From NCBI RefSeq assembly GCF_018977255.1, contig NW_024704742.1, forward strand, positions 70,000,001 to 70,064,000: 64,000 nucleotides of DNA, read 5' to 3'. The notes under the pieces are model-generated. The model made no database searches, was not told where the DNA came from, and saw only the letters and a program-made list of their open reading frames with translations. Position 1 is the first letter of the stretch; every line of letters starts with the position of its first letter. This DNA comes from Callorhinchus milii (lineage: Eukaryota). The position numbers were made by a program, and so were the translations under genes. This document shows positions 38,401 to 47,556 of the stretch, in pieces.

Positions 38401-40437
38401 TCAGGAGGGGTGGAGGACAGGGAGTTAGGGGTAGGAAGGTGTCCAAAGGCATGGTCGAGGAGGAAGGTCTTGAGATGGGCCTTGAAGGAGGCAAAGGAGG
38501 GGGTAAGGCAAAGGGACTGTGGGATGGAGTTCCAAAGGGTGGGGGCAGAAAGGCTGAAGGCCCGACTGCCGATAGTGGGGTGGGACGGGTGAAGAGCTGT
38601 GAGACGTCTCAATGACATGATGAGATATTATATCAAATGCAAGGATTATTATCATTTATTCAAGGCATCTCAACAACATGGTGAGGCGCTGTGTCAAACA
38701 GGAGGATTATTATTTCTTAAATATAGAAGTGTGTGTGTGTGTGTGTGGGAGCGGAAATGCTGTACGCTGTCCAGCACCTTGGGACGTCCTCCCGACATGA
38801 AAGGCTCTACACAAATGTAATCTTCTTGTTGTTGTGGTGGTGGTGATTGGACCACAGGCTACAGATAATCCTGAACTCTGCAGCCCGTGTCCTCTCCCGC
38901 ACCAAACTCCGTAACCCCATCACCCCCATTCTCGCCCGACTCCATTGGCTCCCTATCCTTCAGAGATCCAGTTCAAGATCCTGGTCCTCACATACAAAGC
39001 CCTCCATGGCTTCAGCCCACCCTACCTCCCCAACCTCCTAACCCCCTACCAATCCACCCGCTCCCTCCGCTCAGCCGGCTGTGGCGTGCTCCATGTCCCA
39101 CAACCCACCTGCCTCACCATTGGCGGGAGAGCCTTCAGCCACTCTGCACCAACTTCTGGAATTCCATCCCCCAGTCACTCCGCCTCACCCCCTCCTTAGC
39201 CTCCTTCAAGTCCTGCCTCAAGACCCTCCTCTTCGACCATGCCATCGGCCAACCTTCTTCCCCTCCCTTCCCTTTCCCCCCCCCGACCCTAGCTCGGGTC
39301 TGCAATGCTGTACACTGTCCAGCGCCTTGGGTAGTCCTCCCGATGTGAAAGGCGCTATACAAATGTAATCTTGCTGTTATTGTAAATGGATAGCTTTCCA
39401 CGGGTCTCTTGGGGAAACCTTGCCCTGACACCCTGTGTGTTTCTCTTGTGTTACAGACATCCTACCCTCCCACCCACTACCTACGGAGGGTTCCCCAGAG
39501 GCAGATCCACTACTTCACAGGCCTGCAGATCATCGAGCTGCTTATACTGTGTGGCTTTGGCATGGCTCCCCTGCCCTACATGAAGATGATATTCCCTCCC
39601 ATCATGCTGGCAATGGTGCCCATCAGGTTAGTCCACCCCCTGCCCCAGGGCCACGCATTGACTGACTCAGCCGCAAGTCAATCACCACCGGTCTCAGCCT
39701 CATAGAATCAAACAATCTTACAGCACAGAAGGAGGCCATTCGGCCAGCCCATCGTTCCTGTGCTGGCTCTTATTCCATAGCCGTGTAGTTTTTTTCTTTC
39801 CAAGTACCTATCCAATTCCCTTTTGAAAGCTGCTATCGAATCTGCTTCCAACTGTGAGATCATATTTCTTCTACCCCCCCTCTCTTGTTCATTTCCCACC
39901 CTCACTGCTCCCCACTCCCATCCCCCCACACTTTCCTTCACCTGCTCTGTGAGGAGAAGGGCCAATCTCAACGAATGGCAGTCATTAATACTTTCGTCTC
40001 TGAAATGCCTTTCAGCCATTCTAACTCTCTCTCCACCCCACCCCGCAACCCCGCAAATCTCTGGAACTCCACCCTGGAGTCCCTCTGATTCTCTCTTTCT
40101 CTCTCTCTCTCTCTCTTCTCATTCAAGGCGTACCTCAAGACCTACCTCTTTGACTGTGTTTTCCATCACTGTCCCGCTCGGGTGCCCAACTGCTGTGTTT
40201 CACTCCCAAAATACAGTCAATCCGCTTTACAGTATATTCTGTGAAGCGCTTTTGAGACATCTCAATGACATGATATGGAACTGTATCAAATGCAAGCATT
40301 ATTATTATATCAAATGCAAGTATTATTCTTGAATGATGAATCTTTATTTTTTCCCATCTCTGTGGAAACATAGGTGCTATTTACTTCCAAAGATAATTGA
40401 GGCCAAGTATCTAGATGCAATGGATTCTGAGCACTAG
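11370..40437 (+). CDS. SLC4A11: SLC4A11-like solute carrier (BTR1/NaBC1), complete spliced CDS, 19 coding exons, 821 aa
   Basis: join(11370..11403,12698..12832,16245..16288,17188..17413,18697..18778,21804..21927,22861..23070,26485..26569,29221..29346,30493..30606,31017..31149,31973..32046,32342..32540,33578..33684,34862..35030,35701..35874,36358..36553,39457..39626,40374..40437). All introns GT-AG, phases consistent, total 2466 nt. Diagnostic peptides: [78 protein letters not shown]. Confidence 0.95.
12698..12832 (+). CDS. SLC4A11: SLC4A11-like coding exon 2 (..[23 protein letters not shown])
   Basis: ccccag acceptor, gtatgt donor, phase 1-1; IRFFVN motif. Confidence 0.88.
16245..16288 (+). 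CDS. SLC4A11: SLC4A11-like coding exon 3 ([14 protein letters not shown])
   Basis: ttccag acceptor, gtaagc donor; matches human GCVLLHTSRK. Confidence 0.88.
17188..17413 (+). CDS. SLC4A11: SLC4A11-like coding exon 4 ([34 protein letters not shown])
   Basis: Within ORF 17068..17469; cacag acceptor, gtatgg donor. Confidence 0.93.
18697..18778 (+). CDS. SLC4A11: SLC4A11-like coding exon 5 ([26 protein letters not shown])
   Basis: cccag acceptor, gtgagt donor; matches human [15 protein letters not shown]. Confidence 0.93.
18817..19151 (+). mobile_element. Family A SINE
   Basis: ggagtcctgtagc head, B-box, (ATT)n tail. Confidence 0.85.
21804..21927 (+). CDS. SLC4A11: SLC4A11-like coding exon 6 ([41 protein letters not shown])
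   Basis: aatag acceptor gives the correct phase; gtaatt donor; overlaps ORF 21811..22077. Confidence 0.92.
22861..23070 (+). CDS. SLC4A11: SLC4A11-like coding exon 7 ([28 protein letters not shown]..)
   Basis: tgcag acceptor, gtaaca donor; within ORF 22642..23286. Confidence 0.93.
24510..24569 (+). pseudogene. Degenerate 28S rRNA-like fragment
   Basis: aggtggggagtttgactgg..gtaa.gcaggtgt.ctaaggc matches the conserved LSU segment GGTGGGGAGTTTGACTGGGGCGG..GTAACGCAGGTGTCCTAAGGC at the expected spacing. Confidence 0.65.
25118..25320 (-). mobile_element. CR1-type 3'-end fragment; similar near 39700-39850, 43600-43780, 43890-44045, 63790-64000
   Basis: Typical shark CR1 tail text in reverse (agaa..cataagaa..ggccattc..gatcatggctgatc). 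Confidence 0.65.
26485..26569 (+). CDS. SLC4A11: SLC4A11-like coding exon 8 ([28 protein letters not shown])
   Basis: ctctag acceptor, gtgagt donor; SLC4 RR.P.Y.SD.TDG motif. Confidence 0.92.
26789..28602 (+). mobile_element. 5'-truncated, near-intact L2-clade LINE (RT with YADD, 3' stem-loop, (TTG)n tail) inserted into a SINE
   Basis: ORFs 26672..27796 and 27772..28473 ([40 protein letters not shown]); tail gcgccttgggacgtcctcctgacgtgaaaggcgc then (ttg)n; TGCTT on both sides. Confidence 0.95.
29221..29346 (+). CDS. SLC4A11: SLC4A11-like coding exon 9, TM1 ([41 protein letters not shown])
   Basis: ttgtag acceptor, gtaaga donor; translated by hand. Confidence 0.94.
30493..30606 (+). CDS. SLC4A11: SLC4A11-like coding exon 10 ([37 protein letters not shown])
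   Basis: ttccag acceptor, gtaagt donor; GQP..TTAP motif. Confidence 0.95.
31017..31149 (+). CDS. SLC4A11: SLC4A11-like coding exon 11 ([29 protein letters not shown])
   Basis: ccccag acceptor, gtaagc donor. Confidence 0.95.
31973..32046 (+). CDS. SLC4A11: SLC4A11-like coding exon 12 ([24 protein letters not shown])
   Basis: cacag acceptor, gtaagt donor. Confidence 0.93.
32342..32540 (+). CDS. SLC4A11: SLC4A11-like coding exon 13, glycosylated extracellular loop and following TM (..[25 protein letters not shown])
   Basis: tttcag acceptor, gtactt donor; three N-glycosylation sequons (NNS, NTS, NSS). Confidence 0.93.
33578..33684 (+). CDS. SLC4A11: SLC4A11-like coding exon 14 ([35 protein letters not shown])
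   Basis: atacag acceptor, gtaggt donor. Confidence 0.93.
34392..34760 (+). mobile_element. Family A SINE
   Basis: tRNA head, body and tail as in other copies. Confidence 0.85.
34862..35030 (+). CDS. SLC4A11: SLC4A11-like coding exon 15 (..[28 protein letters not shown])
   Basis: ttccag acceptor, gtaaaa donor; conserved EQN glutamate. Confidence 0.94.
35701..35874 (+). CDS. SLC4A11: SLC4A11-like coding exon 16 ([34 protein letters not shown])
   Basis: ggcag acceptor, gtgagt donor. Confidence 0.96.
35960..36270. repeat. ~30-bp GT-rich minisatellite in SLC4A11-like intron 16
   Basis: Unit approximately gtgtgaatgttatactgaggccgtgtttgt, about 9-10 degenerate copies. Confidence 0.9.
36358..36553 (+). 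CDS. SLC4A11: SLC4A11-like coding exon 17 ([29 protein letters not shown])
   Basis: ctcag acceptor, gtgagg donor. Confidence 0.96.
36821..37736. mobile_element. Probable solo LTR inserted in a family A SINE
   Basis: Splits the SINE at ccaattgcgc|acagcag; ends TTTCAC..CTCACA; internal 69-bp tandem duplication; minus-strand TATAAAAG (about 37301-37308) and AATAAA (36982-36987). Confidence 0.5.
37495..37632. repeat. 69-bp tandem duplication (2 copies, 1 mismatch)
   Basis: 37495-37563 versus 37564-37632. Confidence 0.95.
38855..39380 (+). mobile_element. L2 3'-end fragment; similar ones near 790-950, 12330-12620(-), 19525-20010, 20620-20960(-), 26185-26478, 33160-33460, 38290-38585(-), 52490-53040, 60060-60443
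   Basis: [25 protein letters not shown] text and the shared 3' stem-loop/tail. Confidence 0.85.
39457..39626 (+). CDS. SLC4A11: SLC4A11-like coding exon 18 ([28 protein letters not shown])
   Basis: ttacag acceptor, gttagt donor. Confidence 0.96.
40374..40437 (+). CDS. SLC4A11: SLC4A11-like last coding exon ([20 protein letters not shown])
   Basis: catag acceptor; matches human [23 protein letters not shown] at 40435-40437. Confidence 0.93.
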
Positions 40438-40500
40438 AGATGGTTGGAGACTGAGCGCTAGAGATGACTGGAGACTGAGTCGTGGAGAGATGACTGGAGA
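40427..40500 (+). repeat. 24-26-bp tandem repeat overlapping the SLC4A11-like stop codon
   Basis: ctgagcactagagatggttggaga / ctgagcgctagagatgactggaga / ctgagtcgtggagagatgactggaga. Confidence 0.85.
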
Positions 40501-42122
40501 CTGCTGAGAACCATGGTGGGTGGGTGTGGGGCAGGGTGGGGCAGGAGGAGTTGCTGTATGTCACTGCCCGAGCTACTGGGGCAGAAGTGTCAGAGAGCAT
40601 CAAATTGACTGGACCAGAGGATTGCCCGAGCTTCACCCAACTTGCGAGATAACCAATGTCCTTCGTCTCATTCATCTATTTTATATATAATATATATGTG
40701 TGCGTGTATACTTCAGATATCCCTCTTGAAGGGACAGGTTATACGTCGGAGGGTATCCAATTGCTTTTATGTTAAAGCCTCCCTCTCAATCACTTTCCCA
40801 CCTCTCGACATCACTTGACAAGACTTCACGTTATTTGGCATTCGGCCTTTGGGATGTTTCTGCTTATGATTTAGGCTGCTTCCAGCTCTGAGTTTGGCTT
40901 TCCGAACTTAGTCTTTGTCCCTCCCCGTTCTGTCACATGGCCTCTTCCCTGCGCCCTTCGCTCCATTAACGCATTTTGTTCTCTGCCTTCTGTTCTCCGC
41001 GATTGCTAATGTTTTTAAATTCCATGATTTGTGATCTTCAGAAAATGGAAATCTCAATTACCACGTGCACCACGGTCTGTGAATATCTTCATTAGGCGTC
41101 TGTGTGTGTGTATGTTTGTACACCTATATGGGAGTGTCTACATATACACTGAGGCTTTCTTGAGTACATCTGTCTGTCCGTCTGTACGCCCATAACTCTA
41201 TAACTTGTATGTATCTACCTGCCTGCCTATATGTGTATACGCATCTGTGTATATATATCTCTGTGGGTACACGCATATTTGTGTGTGTACGTTTGTGTGT
41301 CCACACATGTATGTCTGTCTATCTGTATAAATCACAGAGCTGACTGGTTGAGGTTGGAGCTATTGAATGTAATTGAGCTGGGCTGGCGATGGAGAGCACA
41401 GGGACGTATCATATCTGAGACCTGAGGGGTTGAAGACATCGCACTTGGCATTATTCGTATTCCATTCCCCTCAAAACCTCCTGGTGTCTTGTCTCCTGAC
41501 TTTCCGTTCCCCTCTCAGGCGCACGGACATTCCTGTTCGTTTGTCTGATATGTGGGAAGAGAATCGTGCTTAATTGCGCCATCTTCTTTGAAGCTCTGAA
41601 GCTCTAAACAGTATCGTTCCTGAGATTCAACCTAGTCTTAGCGTGTGAGACCATTTGGCCTCTGTATTTAAGGCGGCACGGAAGGGTGGGAAAAGTCTCA
41701 ATACCGGACTTGATTTGGGAAACAGTTTCTTTCTTTTAACAAAAAATGTGTTAAAACTGACCACCAGGTTAACCCTGGAAAAGCATTTTTGTTCACGGTT
41801 CCGTGCATTCTGTTAAATTAATTTGGGCGATGGGTTAAGACTAGGCGGAATTTGGGGCTTCTGGTTCCAAAAGTTGTTTGGCGGTTTATCGTGGATTGAA
41901 CGCCTTGATCAATGTATCATCGGCCTATTGTGTTTTTTTTAGTTTATTATTGTATTTTGTGTGGCATAGTAATCGACTTCCCTTTAAAGCGAATAACTAA
42001 ATGCAAAGTGAAACATTCCTACCAGTAAATGGAAATTAAAACCAAAAGTTTTAAAAAAAAAGTTTTGGTTGTCTTTTCTCTCTCTCCCGCTTTTAATAAT
42101 ATTAATAATCCTTGCATCCTAC

Positions 42123-42440
42123 AGTCCTGTAGCTCAGTCGTTAGAGCACTCGTTTTGCAAGTGAGAGACCTGAGTTCAATTCCAGGCAGAGGGCGAAACC
42201 TTGGGCAAGTTTCCTTACTCCACACAGAGCCTAATAATAATCCCTCCACAACCAAAAACAATAATAAATTGGTCATTTTCAATCTACGACTGTTTGTGGG
42301 ACATTGCTGTGCGCAATTGGCTGCCGCGTTCGCCCACAAATATACAGTCAATTCACTTTACAGTGTGTTCTGTGAAGCGCTTTGGGACGTCCTCCCGACG
42401 TGAAAAGCGCTATATCAAATGCAACGATTATTATTATTAT
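42123..42440 (+). mobile_element. Family A SINE, young subfamily, tail-to-tail with an opposite-strand copy (about 42441-42785)
   Basis: gtagctcagtcgttagagc A-box, gagttcaattcc B-box, LINE-type tail gggacgtcctcccgacgtgaaaagcgc. Confidence 0.9.
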
Positions 42441-42934
42441 TTGATATAGCACCTTATCACATCGTTGAGACGTCTCAAAGCGCTTCACAGAATATACTGT
42501 AAAGTGAATTGACTGTATAATTTGTGGAGGAAATCCAGCAGCCAATTGCGCACAGCAGTGTCCCACAAATAGTCGTGGATTGCGGGACTCATTTTTTTAA
42601 AAGCATATTTAAATGTATTATTACCCCTGGAAAGCGATTTGCCAATCAACTAACAACCAGGTTCCTACTTCCTGCCAGTTAAACAGAGGGGTGTGGAGTA
42701 AGGAAACTTGCGTAAGGTTTGGCCCTGTCCGGGAATCGAACCCGGGTTCCTCTCACTTGTGAGAGGACCACTTCACTACTGGACTCACTTCCCCACCCCA
42801 CACCCACTTGGGTTAATAGTATTTTGCTTAAATGGTACGAGGTGAGGTGTGGGGGAGTGGGGGGGGGAGTCAGGCAGAGGGCTATTTAGATGCATATTTC
42901 TTAAATAGGGAATAGGGTGGATTTTCTGTACTTG

Positions 42935-42950
42935 CCTCTTGGTGGCGCTG
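42935..42950 (+). promoter_or_regulatory. Candidate CTCF site between the two genes
   Basis: cctcttggtggcgc(tg) matches 12 of 14 positions of CCASYAGRKGGCRS, in non-repeat sequence. Confidence 0.35.
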
Positions 42951-45900
42951 TCGACCCTCCAGCATATTGTGTTCGGCGGCACCACCTTCAGGCAGACGGT
43001 GGTACTGCTGCCATTGCTTCAATCAACAACAATAAAATTACATTTGTAATTTTCACGTCGGGACGACGTCCAAAGGCACTGATCAATCAACATCACAATA
43101 GCGATTGTTGCATTTAGTGTCCACATGATTGACTGTAAAGTGCAGGGGCTGTGTTTTGTGTGCAAATGTGATTTGCACTTAGAAATGTTCCACGAACACT
43201 GAATCACCGATTTTATTTGGGGGATTGTTGGCCAGGACACTGGAAAAGGGAAACTTCCCCCTTTCAAATAGTGCCGTGGGATCTTTAACATCCACCTGAA
43301 CAGGTAGCCTGGACTTTGGTTGAACGTCTCATCTGAAGGACAATTCCTCTGACGGTATTGCTCCCCCAGCGCCGCACTGGAACATCAGTTTAGTTGATAT
43401 AAATTCCAAGTTCTAATATGGGGCTGGAACCCGAAACCTTCCGACTCCGAGGCGAGAGTGCTACTGACTGAGACGGGTGTCTCTCCAAAGTGGTGGGGCG
43501 GAAGGGGAGGTGACTGTGGACATGGTCCAAGAGGTGGGATTTGAAGAGAGGGCGAGGCAGTGGGGTAGAGGCATGGAATTCCAGAGGTTTGGAGCGTAGC
43601 AGAACATAAGAACGTAAGAATTAGGAGCAGGAGTAGGCCATTCGGCCCCTCGAGCCTGCCCCACCATTCAATAAGATCATGGCTGATCTTCAGACCTTAC
43701 TCTAATTACCTGCCCTATCCCCATATCCCCTAATCCCTCTGTTTTTTTAAAAAATCTATGTCTCAGCCTTGAAGATGTTCAAGCTTGGATGTTCAAGCTG
43801 AAAGCTTGGCCACCAATAATAATATGAGGACCATACAGCCAACTTGGGTTAATTAAAATAATAAATAATAATAATCCTTGCATTTGATATCATAGAATCA
43901 TAGAATATTAAAGCAAAGAAGGAGGCCATTCGGCCCATTGTGCCTGTGCTGGCTCTTTGGAAGAGCTTTCCCAATCAGTCCCTCTCCTCTGCTCTTTCCT
44001 CATACCCCTGAAACTTTTTCCTTTTCAAGTACCTATCCAATTCCCAGCGCTTCCTTGAGATGTCTCAAAGTGCTTCACAGAATATACTGTAAAGTGTAGT
44101 GATTGTGTGCTTCATAATCAAGCATAGGACATGAGCAAGAGGCCAGATAGGAAAAGATAAGAGAGATAGGGAGGTGCTAGGCCATTGAGGGATTTACAGT
44201 TGATCTGTTGGGAACTGGAGAGAGCCAATGGAGCTTGACGAGGAATGGAGGCGATGGGTGTGTGGAGTTTCGAGTGGGTGAGAAAGCAGGATTGTATCTT
44301 GCAAATAACTTTCCCTTGACAAAATCTGTTCATTGACAGATATTAGGTTCCAAGATGTCATGTTGTCTTGCTCATTCTTGGCAAGACAACATGATATCAA
44401 TCCTCTCACCTCGCAAGTGAGGACCCGGGTTTGATTCCCGTGCAGGGGAAAACCTTAGGTAAGTTTCTTTACTCCACATGTTTCCCGAGCAGTAAGTAGG
44501 AACCCAGTTGATAGTCAATTCACGGATAGATTTCCGGGGATAATAATCCTCTGCAAAAAAAATGTGGTCACTCAATCCACAACTGTTTGTGGGACACTGC
44601 TGTGTTGAATTAGCTGTGGCAATTCACAAAAAAATAGTCAGTCCACTTTACAATATATTTGGTGAAGCGATTTGAGAAGTCTCAACGATGTGATAGGGTT
44701 TTATATCAAATGCAAGGATTATTATGCAAGGATTGGCGTGGGTGAGAAAGCAGGATTGTATCCTGTGAAGAACTTTCCTTTGACAAAATCTGTTCATTGA
44801 CAAATATTAGGTTCCAAGCTATCACATTGTGAGCTACAGTGTGAATCCTGTAGCTCAGTGGTTAGAGCACTTGCTTTGCAAGAGAGAGACTTGGGTTCAA
44901 TTCCCGGCAGTGCAAAACCTTGGGCAAGTTTCCTTACTCCACACGCCTAATAATAATCCCTCAAAAAAATAATAATAAATTGGTCATTTCAATCTACGAC
45001 TGTTTGTGGGACATTGCTATGCGCAATTGGCTGCTGCATTTCGCCCACAAATATACAGTCAATTCACTTTAGTCTATTCTGTGAAGCACTTTGAGATGTC
45101 TAGAAGATGTGAAAAACGCTTTATCAAATGCAAGAATTATTATTATCATTGTCCTGTCCCCCCTCTACCCCTTTTGTTGTGCATCATTAACACCTCTTTA
45201 ACCCATCATCCCCTGTCCTCTACCCCATTTTCTCCTTTGTCTTCCTTGCCCTCCCTCCCAACATGCCCCAGTTCTGACCAAGGGTCGTGGACCTGAAACA
45301 TTGACTCACTTTCCTTTCTCCATAGATGCTGCCTGACCTGCTGAGTGTTCCCAGAGACTTCTGTTTTTGTTTTTAGATTTCCAGCATCTGCAGTATTTTG
45401 TGTTTTGTAAGGATTATTATTATTAATGCTCATTGCAATTGGTAATGTCTCCTTTTCCAAACATATTTAATGTTTAATGAACTAGAAGTAGACTTTTGGT
45501 GATGAATAAATTACAGTGTGCTCTGTCATATTTCCTCTCCTTCAAATCACAGTTTCATTTATTTCTATCCCCCCACCCCACGATTTTTTTTAAAATTGAC
45601 GTACTCCATAGTGATGGTTACAAGATATTTTGAGAATGCAAATCATGTCCTTCAGCTCAGCTCATTCAGTAGCACTATCACCTTTGAGTCAGAAGAACTT
45701 TGTGGGTTTACGCCACATGACAGGACTTTGCGGATGTTACTAGAGCATTGCTTGGCACAAATTAGCTGCCACTTTTGTCCACAGAATACACAACCACTGC
45801 ACTTTGTGTGTCAGCCTGGCTTAATGGTAGCACTTCCGCTTCAGAGTCAGAAGATTGTGCGTTCAAACCCCAAGTCGGGACATGGAATCACAGAGTCTAA

Positions 45901-46507
45901 GCTGACACTCCAGTGCAGTGTTGTGGGTTCAATGCTTTGTTGTAGGTGCCATCCTTCGGATGAGATGTTAAACCGAGGTCCCGTCTGCCTGTTGAGGTGG
46001 ACTTAAAAGATCTTGTGACACTATTCGAAAAGAGAAGAGAGTTTCTCCCTCACTGTGTTCTGGCCAACAATCCCAAAATAAAATTGGTCACTCACTCCAT
46101 GGCTGTTTGTGGGACATTATTTTGTGCAAACTGGCTGCCACTTTGTGCCCACAAATACACAGTATATCCTGTGAACCTCTTTGAGACATCTTGTCGACGT
46201 GATAAGGTGCTGTATCAAATGCAAGGATTATTATTCATTATTATTATTAACAAAATCCTTTGAAGCGCTTTGAGATGTATTGGCGATGTGGTTAAGCTTC
46301 ACGATTATTATTATCCTGACTGTGTCTGTGAAAGCTCTTTGATCCCACTTGGAGGGGCACTGTGAGCACTGCTGGGCTTGTTGTTGTTCTATTTATACAG
46401 AAGACGCTGCAGAAATAGTGGAAAAGAACTCAATGGAAGAGGACATACTTTCCCCAAATCCGAGTCCTTAATCTTAATCTGGAATAGCATTCTGTGTGCG
46501 TGTGTGG

Positions 46508-46750
46508 AAGAGAGAGAGGAGACACAAACAGGAGAAAAAGAGGGGAGAGAGAGACTGAGAGAGAGAGGTGAGAGCAAGGAGAGAGGGAGGAAAGAAAAAG
46601 AGGGGAGAGAGAGACTGACAGGAGAGAAAGAGGGGAGAGAAAAAGAGCCAGAGAGGGGAAAGAGAAAGGAGAGAGAGAAGGGAGAGAAGAAAAAGAAAGA
46701 GAGAGTGAGGAAGGAGAAAGGGAGAGAGGAAAAAGAAAGACAGAGAAAGA
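46508..46750. repeat. GA-rich low-complexity tract
   Basis: Purine-rich gagagaaagagggg repeats. Confidence 0.9.
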
Positions 46751-47249
46751 CTAGAAATATGGGAACCAGAAAAATCATTTATTGAGTGCTAGATACATAA
46801 TGAGCTTTGCGTTTGATATTGCCTTGCATTTAAGGCACCAAATTCAATGTCAAAATGAAAGGTCCTGTTCAGGTGGTTGTTGAAGATCCCATGACGTTAT
46901 TTGAAAAAAAAGAAAGGAAGTTTCTCCAGTGTTTTGGTCAACAGACCACCAAAATAAAATTGGTCATTCACTTTATGGCTGTTTGCGGGACATTGTTATG
47001 GCACTTGTGCTGCCATGTTTTCCTACAAATCCACCGTCACCTTATTTCACAATAAATCCTGTAAAGCACTTTAAGACGTCCTCCTAACATGATAAGGTAC
47101 TGTACCAAATGCAGGGATTGTTATTATAGGCAAACTAGGCAGCTGCCTTGGGCGGCCGAATGTAGTCTCAGCTCTGGCTGTTTGGGAAGTCGGGGATGGG
47201 TGGAGCAAAATTGCCCCGGGTTGGCTCAGGATTGGGCTAGGTCGCCGTC

Positions 47250-47556
47250 AATAATAATAATAATCCTTGCATTTGATATAGTGCTTTTCATGTCTTCTAG
47301 ATGTCTCAAAGCATTTCACACAATAGACTGTAAAGTGAATTGACTGTATACTTGTGGGCGAAACATGGCAGCCAATTGCTCACAGCAGTGTCTCACAGAC
47401 AGTCATGGATTGAAGTGACCAATTTTTTTTTTCTTGTGGGATTATTATCAGATGTGTGAAGTAAGGAAACTTGCCCAAGGTTTCGCCCTGCCGGGAATAG
47501 AACCCAGGTCTCTCGCTTGCAAGGTGAGTGCTCGAACCACTGAGCTACAGGACTCC
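47250..47556 (-). mobile_element. Family A SINE, internally deleted type
   Basis: Reverse-strand head ..gagctacaggactcc and (AAT)n tail. Confidence 0.85.

Noticed and set aside
42035..42040. ATTAAA as the SLC4A11-like poly(A) signal
   Set aside because: Plausible position after about 1.6 kb of mostly non-SINE sequence, but a hexamer alone is not enough; needs 3'-end data.
42123..42195. tRNA-Ala-like sequence (and many similar heads)
   Set aside because: No proper acceptor stem; each continues into a SINE body and tail, so these are SINE heads rather than tRNA genes.
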